Positions 40,401 through 52,400 of a stretch of DNA of 64,000 nucleotides are shown here, piece after piece. A model generated the notes under the pieces. It ran no database searches and was not told where the DNA came from. It saw only the letters and a program-made list of their open reading frames with translations. The stretch's first letter is position 1, and each line of letters begins with the position of its first letter. The translations under genes and the position numbers were made by a program. Source of the stretch: Phyllobates terribilis (Eukaryota); assembly GCF_046119375.1 (NCBI RefSeq), contig NW_027362765.1:252960001-253024000 (forward strand), given 5' to 3'.

Positions 40401-43400
40401 GTGGTATTCCACTCCCGGGTAAGGATGGAGTATGGACCAGGGCTCAGTTAGCTGCATACAGCACACTCACCCCATTTCCGAGGGACAGCTCAACGGTACT
40501 CCCATTAGACAGAAATGCAGGTACGACAGACCATGTCCCTGGCTGGAGTGGGGAGGGGGGAGGAATACCCAGTGATGTAGGAGCAGATAGGGGACGGTTC
40601 CTGAGCGTAGGTAGGAGCCCATTGGTTGCTGGTCACCTGGGCTCATGGCTAGAGGGAGGTATAAAAGGTGGGCACCATCTTAGGACAGTCAGTTCAGTTC
40701 AGTCTGTGCAGAGAGAGGAGAAGACAGGGAGTAGAGGCTCTGTAGGCGCTCTACTCAAGAGTGGGCCTAGAGAGAGGCCGAGGAGGAGAGTGGAGAGAGA
40801 GAGGAGGTGAAGGGGAGCTGGGATTACTTCTCAGCCCAGCTCCACGAGAAAGGAGAAGAAGGAGGAACAGAGAAGGGAAAAGAAGAGAAAGAAACAGAAG
40901 GGCTCAGGAACAAGAAGGAAGAAGGGACCCTAAGAACCCACGAGAATACAGGGTGAAGGGTCAGGCAGATTAAGGGTGCCGGATCCCAAGTTGGTGGAGG
41001 AGAAACTACCCTCAGCCAAAGACCGGACGTCGTGATCATTTATTGGTGCGACACCTCATTAAACCTGCTAGGAAGGCACCATATAGAACAGCGGGGAACG
41101 GGATCCACGTTTACCCGCACAAGTTCGCGGCAGCTGGACAAAAGTGGGTCACTGGTGAGGCAGGCCAGAGGAAGGATTGAAGGGGGTCCTGAGCCATACT
41201 TCCGAGCTGCCTGGGAGTTGACCGAGCCCCTCACCTGGTGGACGCAACACGGCTCGGGCAGTCATTGCCAGCTGAAGTGACTTGGATATTAACCGTGAGT
41301 AAAGACCCTGGACTGCAGTACGTTGTCTGTGTGCTTTTTCGCTCCTCCGGCACTACCGGTACTGGGACTCTCAACACCATCACTCCCACCATCCACTACA
41401 CTGCCCTGGGGCCACACTCTTCCCGTGGGGAGTCACACCATCCCAGCTGCATACATCATCAGCCCCAGCGGTCTGCCTTGCTGCAGCGGTTCCTAATAGC
41501 AGCAATCCACGGGTGGCATAGTCGGACATCACTTAAGATTTATAAGGGGACTGCCACTGGTCTGACCACCCTGAGCCACGGACCGGGTCGCCACTGCTAC
41601 CCCCCATCGTTCCCCTATTGCCCGGATCCGAGTGCCCCACGGCCCAGGGGGCAAGTCAGCTTTGGCGTAGTCGGCAGGATTTCGTGCCCGCTAACAACGG
41701 GTACTGCGCGCCTGAAGAGAAAGAGACTGTTTTATTGAGATTGACTGTGTTGGAAAATGGCGCCCGCCCCAGAAGAACGAGCGCCATAATGTGCGCGCCA
41801 AAAGACCACAGGAGGCCGCCTTCCATCGTGGGCCAGGTCCCAGAATGGCGCCAAAGAAGGAGCCCGCCCCCAACAGCCATGAGCGCGGCTGTGGAGATGT
41901 CCATCAAAGTGGGGGGGCTGCCCCTGAAAGTGATCGTTACCAAGTTGCCCCGGGACCACCCAATGGGGGTGGGAAGAGAAGAAAACTGTGGGGCAGGGCA
42001 CGGTCTGGATCAGCCTAGACAGACCGCACCCGGGAATGGACGCGTTCAACAGCACCAACCTGTTGGCCCGGAGCCTGCTGCAAGCCGGACCACCCTGCAG
42101 CCTGGCAGAGATCCTGGCGCAGCTCCCGAGAGACCCGGAGCGTGAGCAAGCTGCACTGGAGGACCTGGAGCGGAGGATGGTCCGAGTGCAGCGGGGTGCG
42201 CTCATCGAGTGGAGGGAGGAACTGGCCCGGCAGGCCGAAGCCCACCAGCGACAGGCCTCAACCGCACCCCGGAGTCTGCCTGCCTCTGAGGACGGCGCAG
42301 GAGGAGAGAGGACCGGAGGACTGAGGCAGGTACAGGGGACGTCACCACCCCAGGCCCAGCAACCGCAAGCCTGCCCCAGCCTCCCGTCGCAGAACCCGAA
42401 GCCCCACTCACCGCGCCTGTTGCCGAGCCGCCACTGCTCCCAGCTAGGCCTCAAGCGGCGAGCGCCGCGGCCACGCCCCGCCCCTTGACCCCGGGCGCCA
42501 TAAAGAAGGAAGCGTCATCGGCCCGGTCGCAAGGCCTGGTCAACCCGGGCGCCGCTACCCCACCAGCACCCCCTTCCCGGGCTGGGCCGCCACCAGACGT
42601 GACCAGAAGACCCCCGGCCTGGTCGCAAGGCCGAGTGCCCCCGGGCGCTGCTACCAGACCAGGTCCCCCCCACTATGCCATCGCTGGGCGTGGACCTATT
42701 TGCACATCATACCGGTCCGGATGGACTGCCGCTGGAGTGGCCGGCTGAAGTGACCAGCAGTCAGCCATGGAAAACCAAGCCCCCGCGCGAGCCTCTGATA
42801 CTGGCTCCAGAGCCCGTAGAGGTCATCCTACCCCCACTGGAGGACGCCCAATTTGAGTGGGACCCCGCCGGCAAGAACTTGATGGGGTTCACTCAAGAGA
42901 CCCGGGCAGACGCAGTCCGTCATCTGGAGGCTTGTCAGCAGCAACTGGCGACCTTCGAACGGCGGGAGAGGCGCGTCAGGGAGGAGCGGCTCCAGGCGAG
43001 GAGCAAAAACGCAAAGCCCGTCAAGACCCTCGGGCCGCCCGCGGTCCCCGAATCACCGGGACCATAATCAAATTCCATATGGAGAACGGTTGGGGCTTCA
43101 TCAGGGGCCCGGAAACGGCAGGCGACGTCTTTGTAACCCGCAGGGACGTTGAAAGCCACCTACCGGAGGGACACAGTGGCCGTGACCTCTACCCTGGTGA
43201 TGTGGTCACCTTTACCCGACACGAGGGCGCAAAAGGACCATATGCCCTACATGTACATCGACTCACCGAGGAGGAGCTGCAGCACTACGGCTGTGAGGAG
43301 AGCCAAGAGGACCCGGACGGGTCTGAAGAACCGTATGAGGAGGAAGAAGGAGCATATGGAGGACACCGCTACTAGTAAGTAGCAAAAGCATGTGTGTAAA

Positions 43401-46400
43401 TAGTTACCCGTCGGGGTAAAAGAACTGTTTCCAGAGAGTGTGTGGTCCCCGTTGGGACTGTTAAGAGACTGTCACCTGTGTGCCCCTCATCCCCTACCAG
43501 GCTGAGGACTGTGAGCAGCCATTCCCCTCCCCCTTTCCAACCGGCCGAGGACTGGGAACGGCCAACCCCCTGTAAATAGTTGCGCACCCTACTGGTTTTA
43601 TAAAAAGACTACCACGTCTACCTCGGGACAACGAGTCCCTCATGTTTACAAGTTTGCCAAGGTACCTGCACTTAAAAGAAGAATGCACACCTGGTCGCAA
43701 GTTGCACCGCCGCCAGGATCCAAGAATGTGTTTTGAAAATGTTTTCTTGCAAATGTTTTATATGAAAAGTTTTTATATGCTGCTAAATAGTGTTGTGAAT
43801 GTTTTCTATAGTGTTTATATGTCAAAAGAGTTCCAGAAGTATTAGTATGTGTTTTATAATAGTGTGACAAGAAAAGAAAAGTGTTTCTCATAAAGGCAAT
43901 TGAACCGTATTGCCCGTTTCCTGATGTGAAAAGTTTTAAAAAGTTTTGCATGTCCTGTAATTAACTGTTTTTGCTCTTTTCCAGCCCGAGGACGTGCTGT
44001 GGTTTACCAGGGGGAAATGTAGCGCCCCGAGGGCTCGGAAGCTACAGGGGTATTGCACCTCTGCCAGAGGTGTGGTATTCCACTCCCGGGTAAGGATGGA
44101 GTATGGACCAGGGCTCAGTTAGCTGCATACAGCACACTCACCCCATTTCCGAGGGACAGCTCAACGGTACTCCCATTAGACAGTAATGCAGGTACGACAG
44201 ACCATGTCCCTGGCTGGAGTGGGGAGGGGGGAGGAATACCCAGTGATGTAGGAGCAGATAGGGGACGGTTCCTGAGCGTAGGTGGGAGCCCATTGGTTGC
44301 TGGTCACCTGGGCTCATGGCTAGAGGGAGGTATAAAAGGTGGGCACCATCTTAGGGCAGTCAGTTCAGTTCAGTCTGTGCAGAGAGAGGAGAAGACAGGG
44401 AGTAGAGGCTCTGTAGGCGCTCTACTCCAGAGTGGGCCTAGAGAGAGGCCGAGGAGGAGAGTGGAGAGAGAGAGGAGGTGAAGGAGAGCTGGGATTACTT
44501 CTCAGCCCAGCTCCACGAGAAAGGAGAAGAAGGAGGAACAGAGAAGGGAAAAGAAGAGAAAGAAACAGAAGGGCTCAGGAACAAGAAGGAAGAAGGGACC
44601 CTAAGAACCCACGAGAATACAGGGTGAAGGGTCAGGCAGATTAAGGGTGCCGGATCCCAAGTTGGTGGAGGAGAAACTACCCTCAGCCAAAGACCGGACG
44701 TCGTGATCATTTATTGGTGCGACACCTCATTAAACCTGCTAGGAAGGCACCATATAGAACAGCGGGGAACGGGATCCACGTTTACCCGCACAAGTTCGCG
44801 GCAGCTGGACAAAAGTGGGTCACTGGTGAGGCAGGCCAGAGGAAGGATTGAAGGGGGTCCTGAGCCATACTTCCGAGCTGCCTGGGAGTTGACCGAGCCC
44901 CTCACCTGGTGGACGCAGCACGGCTCGGGCAGTCATTGCCAGCTGAAGTGACTTGGATATTAACCGTGAGTAAAGACCCTGGACTGCAGTACGTTGTCTG
45001 TGTGCTTTTTCGCTCCTCCGGCACTACCGGTACTGGGACTCTCACCACCATCACTCCCACCATCCACTACACTGCCCTGGGGCCACACTCTTCCCGTGGG
45101 GAGTGACACCATCCCAGCTGCATACATCATCAGCCCCAGCGGTCTGCCTTGCTGCGGCGGTTCCTAATAGCCGCAATCCACGGGTGGCGTAGTCGGACAT
45201 CACTTAAGACTTATAAGGGGACTGCCACTGGTCTGACCACCCTGAGCCACGGACCAGGTCGCCACTACTACCCCCCATCGTTCCCCTATTGCCCGGATCC
45301 GAGTGCCCCACGGCCCAGGGGGCGAGTCACTAGCATATACATTTAAACCACATACTGTATATTACCAATGCAGGGTGCAGTGTTTTTCTGCAGTGGTCTT
45401 TGATGATTTAAAAAAAGGGAAGAAAAGGTCAAGCTTATCCAAATTCATGTCAGTAATGAGGGGCACATACTTTCCACTTCCACCAGCAGTGGGTATTACA
45501 TGCACATACATAAACTAGAAGATGAGCTCTTTTATGAAGTGTAAGGTATAAATAAAAGTCAGAGCAATAGCAATCCCATAATCCCATAAACCAAATCTTA
45601 GTAACAGATAACAAATGTATTTGTAACACAAAGCTCATTCCCACAAATGAGCATATATGTGACGTTTCTCTCTAAACGGCTGCAGGCACGTCTATTCAGT
45701 AAACCAAACCTCAGCCACCACTAGCCCAAAAAAAAAAAAAGGTTAAAAGAAGGCCCTATCCATTATAGTAAGCCCATAACAAGGCCAAGTATGGGACATC
45801 ATCTTCTTCCCCATGGTAGCAGAGACAAAAACAGGCCATTCCTGTTTAGGCTGACTGTGATGCTGTATTTCCACAAGGGTGAAGATAAATGACCTTGACT
45901 CCCACGTCCATCACTCCATCACTCAAGACGGGACTGGGAATAAAAAGCAGCCCTGGCACACAAAATTCACCAGTCCACATACAATAAGTGTCCTCAACCG
46001 AAATCGTAGAACACTGACAGGTCGTGTCAAATTTTACTTTACTTGTTACACCACTAGCTTAAACGTGTTGGGTAACCACTTTAAAGGGGTTGTCCACTAC
46101 TCGGACAACCTCTTCTCAATCCGAATGTTTTCCTCTTTTAAAAAAATAAAACTTTTACATTCTCCTCAGATTTCGGCGTCGTTCCAGCAGTGTTAGCAAT
46201 CGGATTGCGTACCAGCCTTACGTCATGCGATCCCTGTAGCCAATCAGCACTGGCTTCACTCTACCCACCTTCGGACGTATCACATACATCTAGAGCAGCG
46301 GCTCTCAACCTGTGCGACTCGACCCCTTTGGGGGGTCACCTAAGACCATCGGAAATATGTGTTTTCTGATGGTCTTAGGCAGGGCCGCCATCAGGACATT

Positions 46401-49400
46401 ACTGCCCTAACTGCTGTATGGGGCCCAATGAACAGCGGTAAAGAGCTGCTCACTGGACTCCAGGGTATCGTGTGCAGGAGCGCAGCCACCGGCGGCTTAC
46501 ATCTCGGGGTAAGGAGCTTCAGCCTTGGAGCTCTCATGGCCGAATAGCCGTGCAGCTCCAAGGGAGTCCCTCCGCCTCTTCTGTAACGCGCTGGATTCAG
46601 CACGTACGTGACGACGTCATTGCGCGCCAGGATGTCAGTCCAGAAGTGGAGCTGCAGGGATTGTATGAGAGGTAAGTATGAAAAACTTTTTTTTTAATTA
46701 AATGGTCTTGGGGCACATGATAGACAGAGTCGGGGGTGGGGAGAGCACGTGATGCACTGGGAGGTGGGGAGAGCACGTGATGCACTGGGAGGTGGGGAGA
46801 GCACGTGATGCACTGGGAGGTGGGGAGAGCACGTGATGCACTGGGAGGTGGGGAGAGCACGTGAGGAACTGGGAGGTGGGGAGAGCACGTGAGGAACTGG
46901 GAGGTGGGGAGAGCACGTGAGGAACTGGGAGGTGGGGAGAGCACGTGAGGAACTGGGAGGTGGCGAGAGCACGTGAGGAACTGGGAGGTGGCGAGAGCAC
47001 ATGATGCACTGGGAGGTGGCGAGAGCACATGATGCACTGGGAGGTGGCGAGAGCACATGATGCACTGGGAGGTGGCGAGAGCACATGATGCACTGGGAGG
47101 TGGCGAGAGCACATGATGCACTGGGAGGTGGCGAGAGCACATGATGCACTGGGAGGTGGCGAGAGCACATGATGCACTGGGAGGTGGCGAGAGCACATGA
47201 TGCACTGGGAGGTGGCGAGAGCACATGATGCACTGGGAGGTGGCGAGAGCACATGATGCACTGGGAGGTGGCGAGAGCACATGATGCACTGGGAGGTGGC
47301 GAGAGCACATGATGCACTGGGAGGTGGCGAGAGCACATGATGCACTGGGAGGTGGCGAGAGCACATGATGCACTGGGAGGTGGCGAGAGCACATGATGCA
47401 CTGGAAGGTGGGGAGAGCACATGATGAACTGGAAGGTGGGGAGAGCACATGATGCACAGGGAGGTGGCGAGAGCACATGATGATAAAATTTCATTTATTT
47501 GTAATTAGAAACAAATATTTCACAATATATAATTACATATTGCTTTTGTGATTAATCACTATGCTTTAATGTTCAATTTGTAATAATGAAAATACATCCT
47601 GCATATCAGATGTTTACATTACAATTCATAACTGTAGCAAAATTACAGTTAAGAAATAGCAATGAAATGACGTCACCGCAGGTCCTGCAAGTACACCGCG
47701 GGACGCCGAGTAGAGAGAACACCGCCGGGAGCAGACCGGAGAGGTGAGTATACAGTTTTTTTTATTTTTAACTTTTTTATTTCATTTCTTTTTTTCACCG
47801 AGAGGTAGCCGGGATGAAGAGGAGTTGTAGTCTCCTCTTCATCCTGGGTACCACACGCACCGCGATTACGCTGCAAATTCGCGGCCATTGAATTTAATTG
47901 AAACGCAGCAAATCCACATATACCTGCGGGTTTGCTGCGTTTCAACGTTCCTCAATGGCCGCGAATTTGCAGCGTAATCGCGGTAGAAATGGTCATGCTG
48001 CGTTTTGCAACGCAATGCGAATTCGGCGCGCTAATTAGCGCATCATTTGCACAGCACATCCGAATTCACATTGCTTTGCATGGCAGACGGTTTTACAAGC
48101 GTTTTCGTGGCCATAAAAACGCCGCAAAAAAGCTACGTGGGCACATGGCCTTAAAGGGTCGCGGCATTAGAAAGGTTGAGAACCACTGATCTAGAGGAAG
48201 AGAGAGAGCAGCAGCACATCTGTGTGTGGCCGAGTACAGACAGTTATTCACCAACCGGCAGCAGGTCTCCTGACCTGAACTTTACAGCCTCATATATGAT
48301 TATGGGGTTGGCAATTTTGGGTCAAAAGACCTGTAGCCAGTTTGTGAATGACGGTCTGTAATCGGACCGTGACACACAGATGTGTGAATGTGGCCTTAAT
48401 TGAATAAATTGTCACAATTCTTCTATCAACAGTCTGGCAGTGTGCCATTATCCCTCCCAATATCAGACTGTGTAAGAACACATCCCTCTGAGAAGGAGAA
48501 TAGCGACGCCCAGTTGTCAGTTAGGTCTAGGCTACACTTTTTGAAGTGCTACATACAGATTTTGACCATTGTGCGGCAGATGAAGTTTTTCACGCTATTA
48601 ACCTGCAGATATGGAGTTAATCTGCTGGTTAATAGCGTTCTAAAGCTGTGCAGCTGACAGTCCGGCTACCAGGTGGAAATGTACTTTATTCCTTCTGGTG
48701 GCCTCCAGCTCTCACCCATAGAGGAGCGGCTCCAGTCACCGCTCAGTACATAGTGAGCGGCTGCTGTAACCATGCTCCGGCACTGATGGACTGGCGGCTC
48801 AGCAGTGCGTCAGTACAGAGCCGGCTGTCCATGACGGAGCATAGTTACAGCCACTACTCACTGTGTACAGAGCGATGAATGAAGATGCTGCCACAACGCT
48901 ATGGCTAAAAGCCGGAGGCCCCCAGGAATGAAGTTCATTTCCTCCTGGTAGGTGGACTGTCAGTGAGGCGGCCGGGGAGCTTTAGAAGGCTATTATCCTG
49001 CAGATTAACACCATATCTGAAGGGTAATAACATATTTTGACATAACATGTTCCCTTTACTGGCACTGTCCACTACTCGGACAACCCTTCTCAACCCCCAT
49101 GTTTCCCCCATAGTAAAATAATAACACTAATACCTCCAGTGTCGGCGCCGTTCTAGCGATATCAGCACTGGCTCTCCCGGGGTTCATGCAGACAAATCAG
49201 ACACCTGGAGCTCTCTCATTTCCTCCGAATGTCAACTACGTCAGAATGAGGGGAGAGTGAAACCGGGATCGAAGGCTAGTATAAGGGCAGAGACACATTG
49301 CCATATAACTCGTGCGAGGATTGTATTGCACTGAACGAACTGGCCGGCACCTCTCCTGACCGGAGCATGACAGCGTGATGGATTTCTATGCAGCTGTCAA

Positions 49401-52400
49401 GCTCAGGTCAGGGAGCAAACAGTCAGTACGAGGTTTACCAGGGGATCCTCGCACACGAGAAATACAGCAGTCTGACTCTCCCCTAAGTGATATTATTTTA
49501 CTGGAAGGAAAGCATAGGCATTCAGAAGAGGTTGCCTGAATAGTGGGCAACCCCCTCAAGGCCAGATAGCAGCTACTATGGCGTTGATTCATCAAGACCA
49601 GGGTTGTTCATGCAGGGCTTGATGATGGGGTGCGTGGACTGGAGTAAAATTTCTAGCAGTACATACGTTGCGGCTCATCATGAATTAGGCGAGCTGCGGC
49701 GTCTTACCCCTGTTAGAACTTAGCTCAGCCCACTTTGGCAGAGCTGGATGAAACTACATATGAAATTTACATAAATGTGTATTTTGGATCATTGTTGTGT
49801 TGGAAAGTGCACGTCTACCAAGGGCACGGAGTGATGGTAGCATTTTCTCTTTCAATACAGAGCTCCCTGACACCAGCAGCACCCATGCAGCCCCACATAT
49901 GGACACTGCCACCACCATGTCTCACTGTAGGCAGTATGCATTTTTCTTTGTACTCCTCACCTTTGTGATGCTATGCAGTTTTGAAGCCATCATTTCCAAA
50001 AAAATTTACTTTGGTCTCATCACTCTAGAATGTAGTCTCATAGTCTTCATATTTTTCAGCGTGGGCCCTGGTAACTCTGAAGCGGGCTTTTTTGTGCCTC
50101 AGCTTTAGGAGTGGCTTACTTTGTGGATGACACCCATCCATGCCATTCCTCTGCTGTGTACCCTGTATTGTGTCATGGGAAACACTCACCCTGGTTTGGC
50201 TTTCTACTTCTCTATCTCTTCTCTATCTATCTAACTACAATGATCTCAGTACTATTCATTCTCTATGGCAGGGTTCCCCAACTCCAGTCCTCAAGGCCCA
50301 CCAACAGGTCATGTTTTCAGGATTTCCTTAGTATTGCACAGGTGATAATCCCATCACCTGCACAGGCAACTATCCCATCACCTGTGCAATACTAAGGAAA
50401 TCCTGAAAACATGACCTGTTGGTGGGCCTTGAGGACTGGAGTTGGGGAACCCTGCTCTATGGGACTGCTCTGTACTCCTATTGTGCATTTAAGCATTTAG
50501 TAGGGCTTAAAGAAGACCTGAGCAAAGTTGCGGCCCGCGGGCCACATTCGACCCTCTGGCTGTTCCAGTCTCGCCCATGGACTGAGACAGTCGAAGGGCT
50601 GAAACTGTGGTCCATGGAACGCACCAAGCTCTCTGGTGGCCGCCGTCCATCCGCCGCCCGCTGTCACCACTCTCCGCATCCACAGGATGCAGACAGCGGT
50701 GAATACATTTGTGGAAGAGGGACCAGAGGGTGGGATGGTTGTAGGTACGTATGTGGTTGTATGTACCTTGGAGGCTATGTAGGGCTCACAGCATATATAG
50801 GGAGGCTGTGTGAGGGCTGATGCGGTATATAGGAAGGCTGGATATATGGAGGCTGTATATAGGGAGGCTGTGTGGGGGCTCATACAGTATATAGGGGATT
50901 TCAGCATACTTTATTCTGCTCAATATTAAGTGATACAATTAATATAAAATAATTATAATTAATATGTTTATTTTAATATTGAGCAGAATTAATTTCAGTC
51001 TATTGGTTCGGCCCTCCACAACAGTGATGGTCTCATGTGGCCCCTCAGGAAAATGAATTGCCCACTTCTGGCTTAAGGTAATTATTGGGCTTATTACACA
51101 TCAAATCCGTAGATGCGCTCACTAATTAGACTTAGGGCAACTTTAAAATATGTGAAGTTTATTTTACAGGCTTCTGGAGAAAGACACAATGCCAGTCATT
51201 CAAGGGTTAATTCTTTGGAACACTGAGAGGGACTTTCTAGCCAATGAAGCACCAGTAACAAACACCTGTGGTAACTATGGCAACTGTGCTGATGTCATAA
51301 ACACATATAGCATAGATGTAAAAGAAGATTCCGGAACCACAGGTCATACTTGCCGTACTTGATGTGTCTGGATACCTTTAGCTTCATCATTCCAAAATCT
51401 ATAAGTGAAGAAGGGGATACCGCCTAGCCAGCCAGATCAGCCATACCGCCCAGCCAGCCAGATCAAACTAACCCTAGCGATCAATGGGGTGACAGATGTT
51501 GTAGCCAAATCTCCCTCATGTCCAGTACTAGCCGCCTTCACCTTTATGTGTACGGCCTGGAGACGTCGCATTAGGCTTCTCCATACGGCGCTCACACAGG
51601 GCACCTGTTTTGACCTTCTCCATTACTGTCCATTTTATGCTGAAGTAATGTGTAACCTGTGTGACTGTGTGATGTCACTGCTATCATATTTATAGTGGAT
51701 GTATATTATGTCTCACTGTAATTATGATACAATGTACAAATTCTGGTACAATTTGCTGTTACGTATTGGCATGAACCTTCTAAGCCAAGGGAAGGGCAGT
51801 CCTCCAGCCATGGTTCCCTAGAGGTTTCCTCCACAGGGGGTTTTCCTCTCCTGAGTGCTGAAGGATGATTCTTCGTGAGTCGGAGGTTTGCCATTTTCAG
51901 TGTCTTTTTCATACCAATTGGCTAATTCTAAATTTCAGACACTGAATGAAATAATAATAATGTGATTTGTAATAAAATTCGGTCAATTTAACATCCAATA
52001 AAAGTGTTTTGTGCGTTTCTTTCACAATCTTGGGTTAATGGGATTTTCTTGGGGATCAGGCTCCAGCATCAAAGATCAAGCCATGAAGCCAGATATAGAG
52101 TCAGAGCATTTCTAACCCTTTGCTGGAAAACAGGACAGAGCAGAGATGACAAAGTGTTACTGCACAATTAGCACAAGTTCACATGCTTCCTTGCATTCAG
52201 ATAATGGGGGCAGGGTCCGGCTGGGACTAAAATTCAGCCCTGGCATTTAAGAGCACACAGGCTCACTTGCTATAAAGTGAATGTGATATGTGTTCGTAAT
52301 TTTTTGTGGATCGCTTGAGATATATATCCCATTCGGGCCACGTTCATACATTCAGTATTTGGTCAGTATTTTACATCAGTATTTCTAAGGCAAAACCAGG

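Larger units (their letters stand above)
40346..45329 (+). mobile_element. Non-autonomous Gypsy-type LTR retroelement carrying a cold-shock-domain ORF
   Basis: TG..CA LTRs at 40346-41658 and 44018-45329, 4-bp TSD CTAG, PBS and PPT. No RT, RNase H, IN or PR motifs in the 2359-bp interior. Confidence 0.95.

Noticed and set aside
40622-41738. ORFs repeated at 44053-45346
   Set aside because: They lie inside the two LTRs and are low-complexity purine-rich readings.
41732-42454. 240-aa minus-strand ORF in the LTR element
   Set aside because: GC-rich antisense shadow of the plus-strand ORF, with no recognisable motif.
46597-47494. Three long minus-strand ORFs (250-293 aa)
   Set aside because: They are translations of a stop-free 28-bp minisatellite. 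The array is a contiguous tandem repeat with no spacers, so it is not a CRISPR array either.
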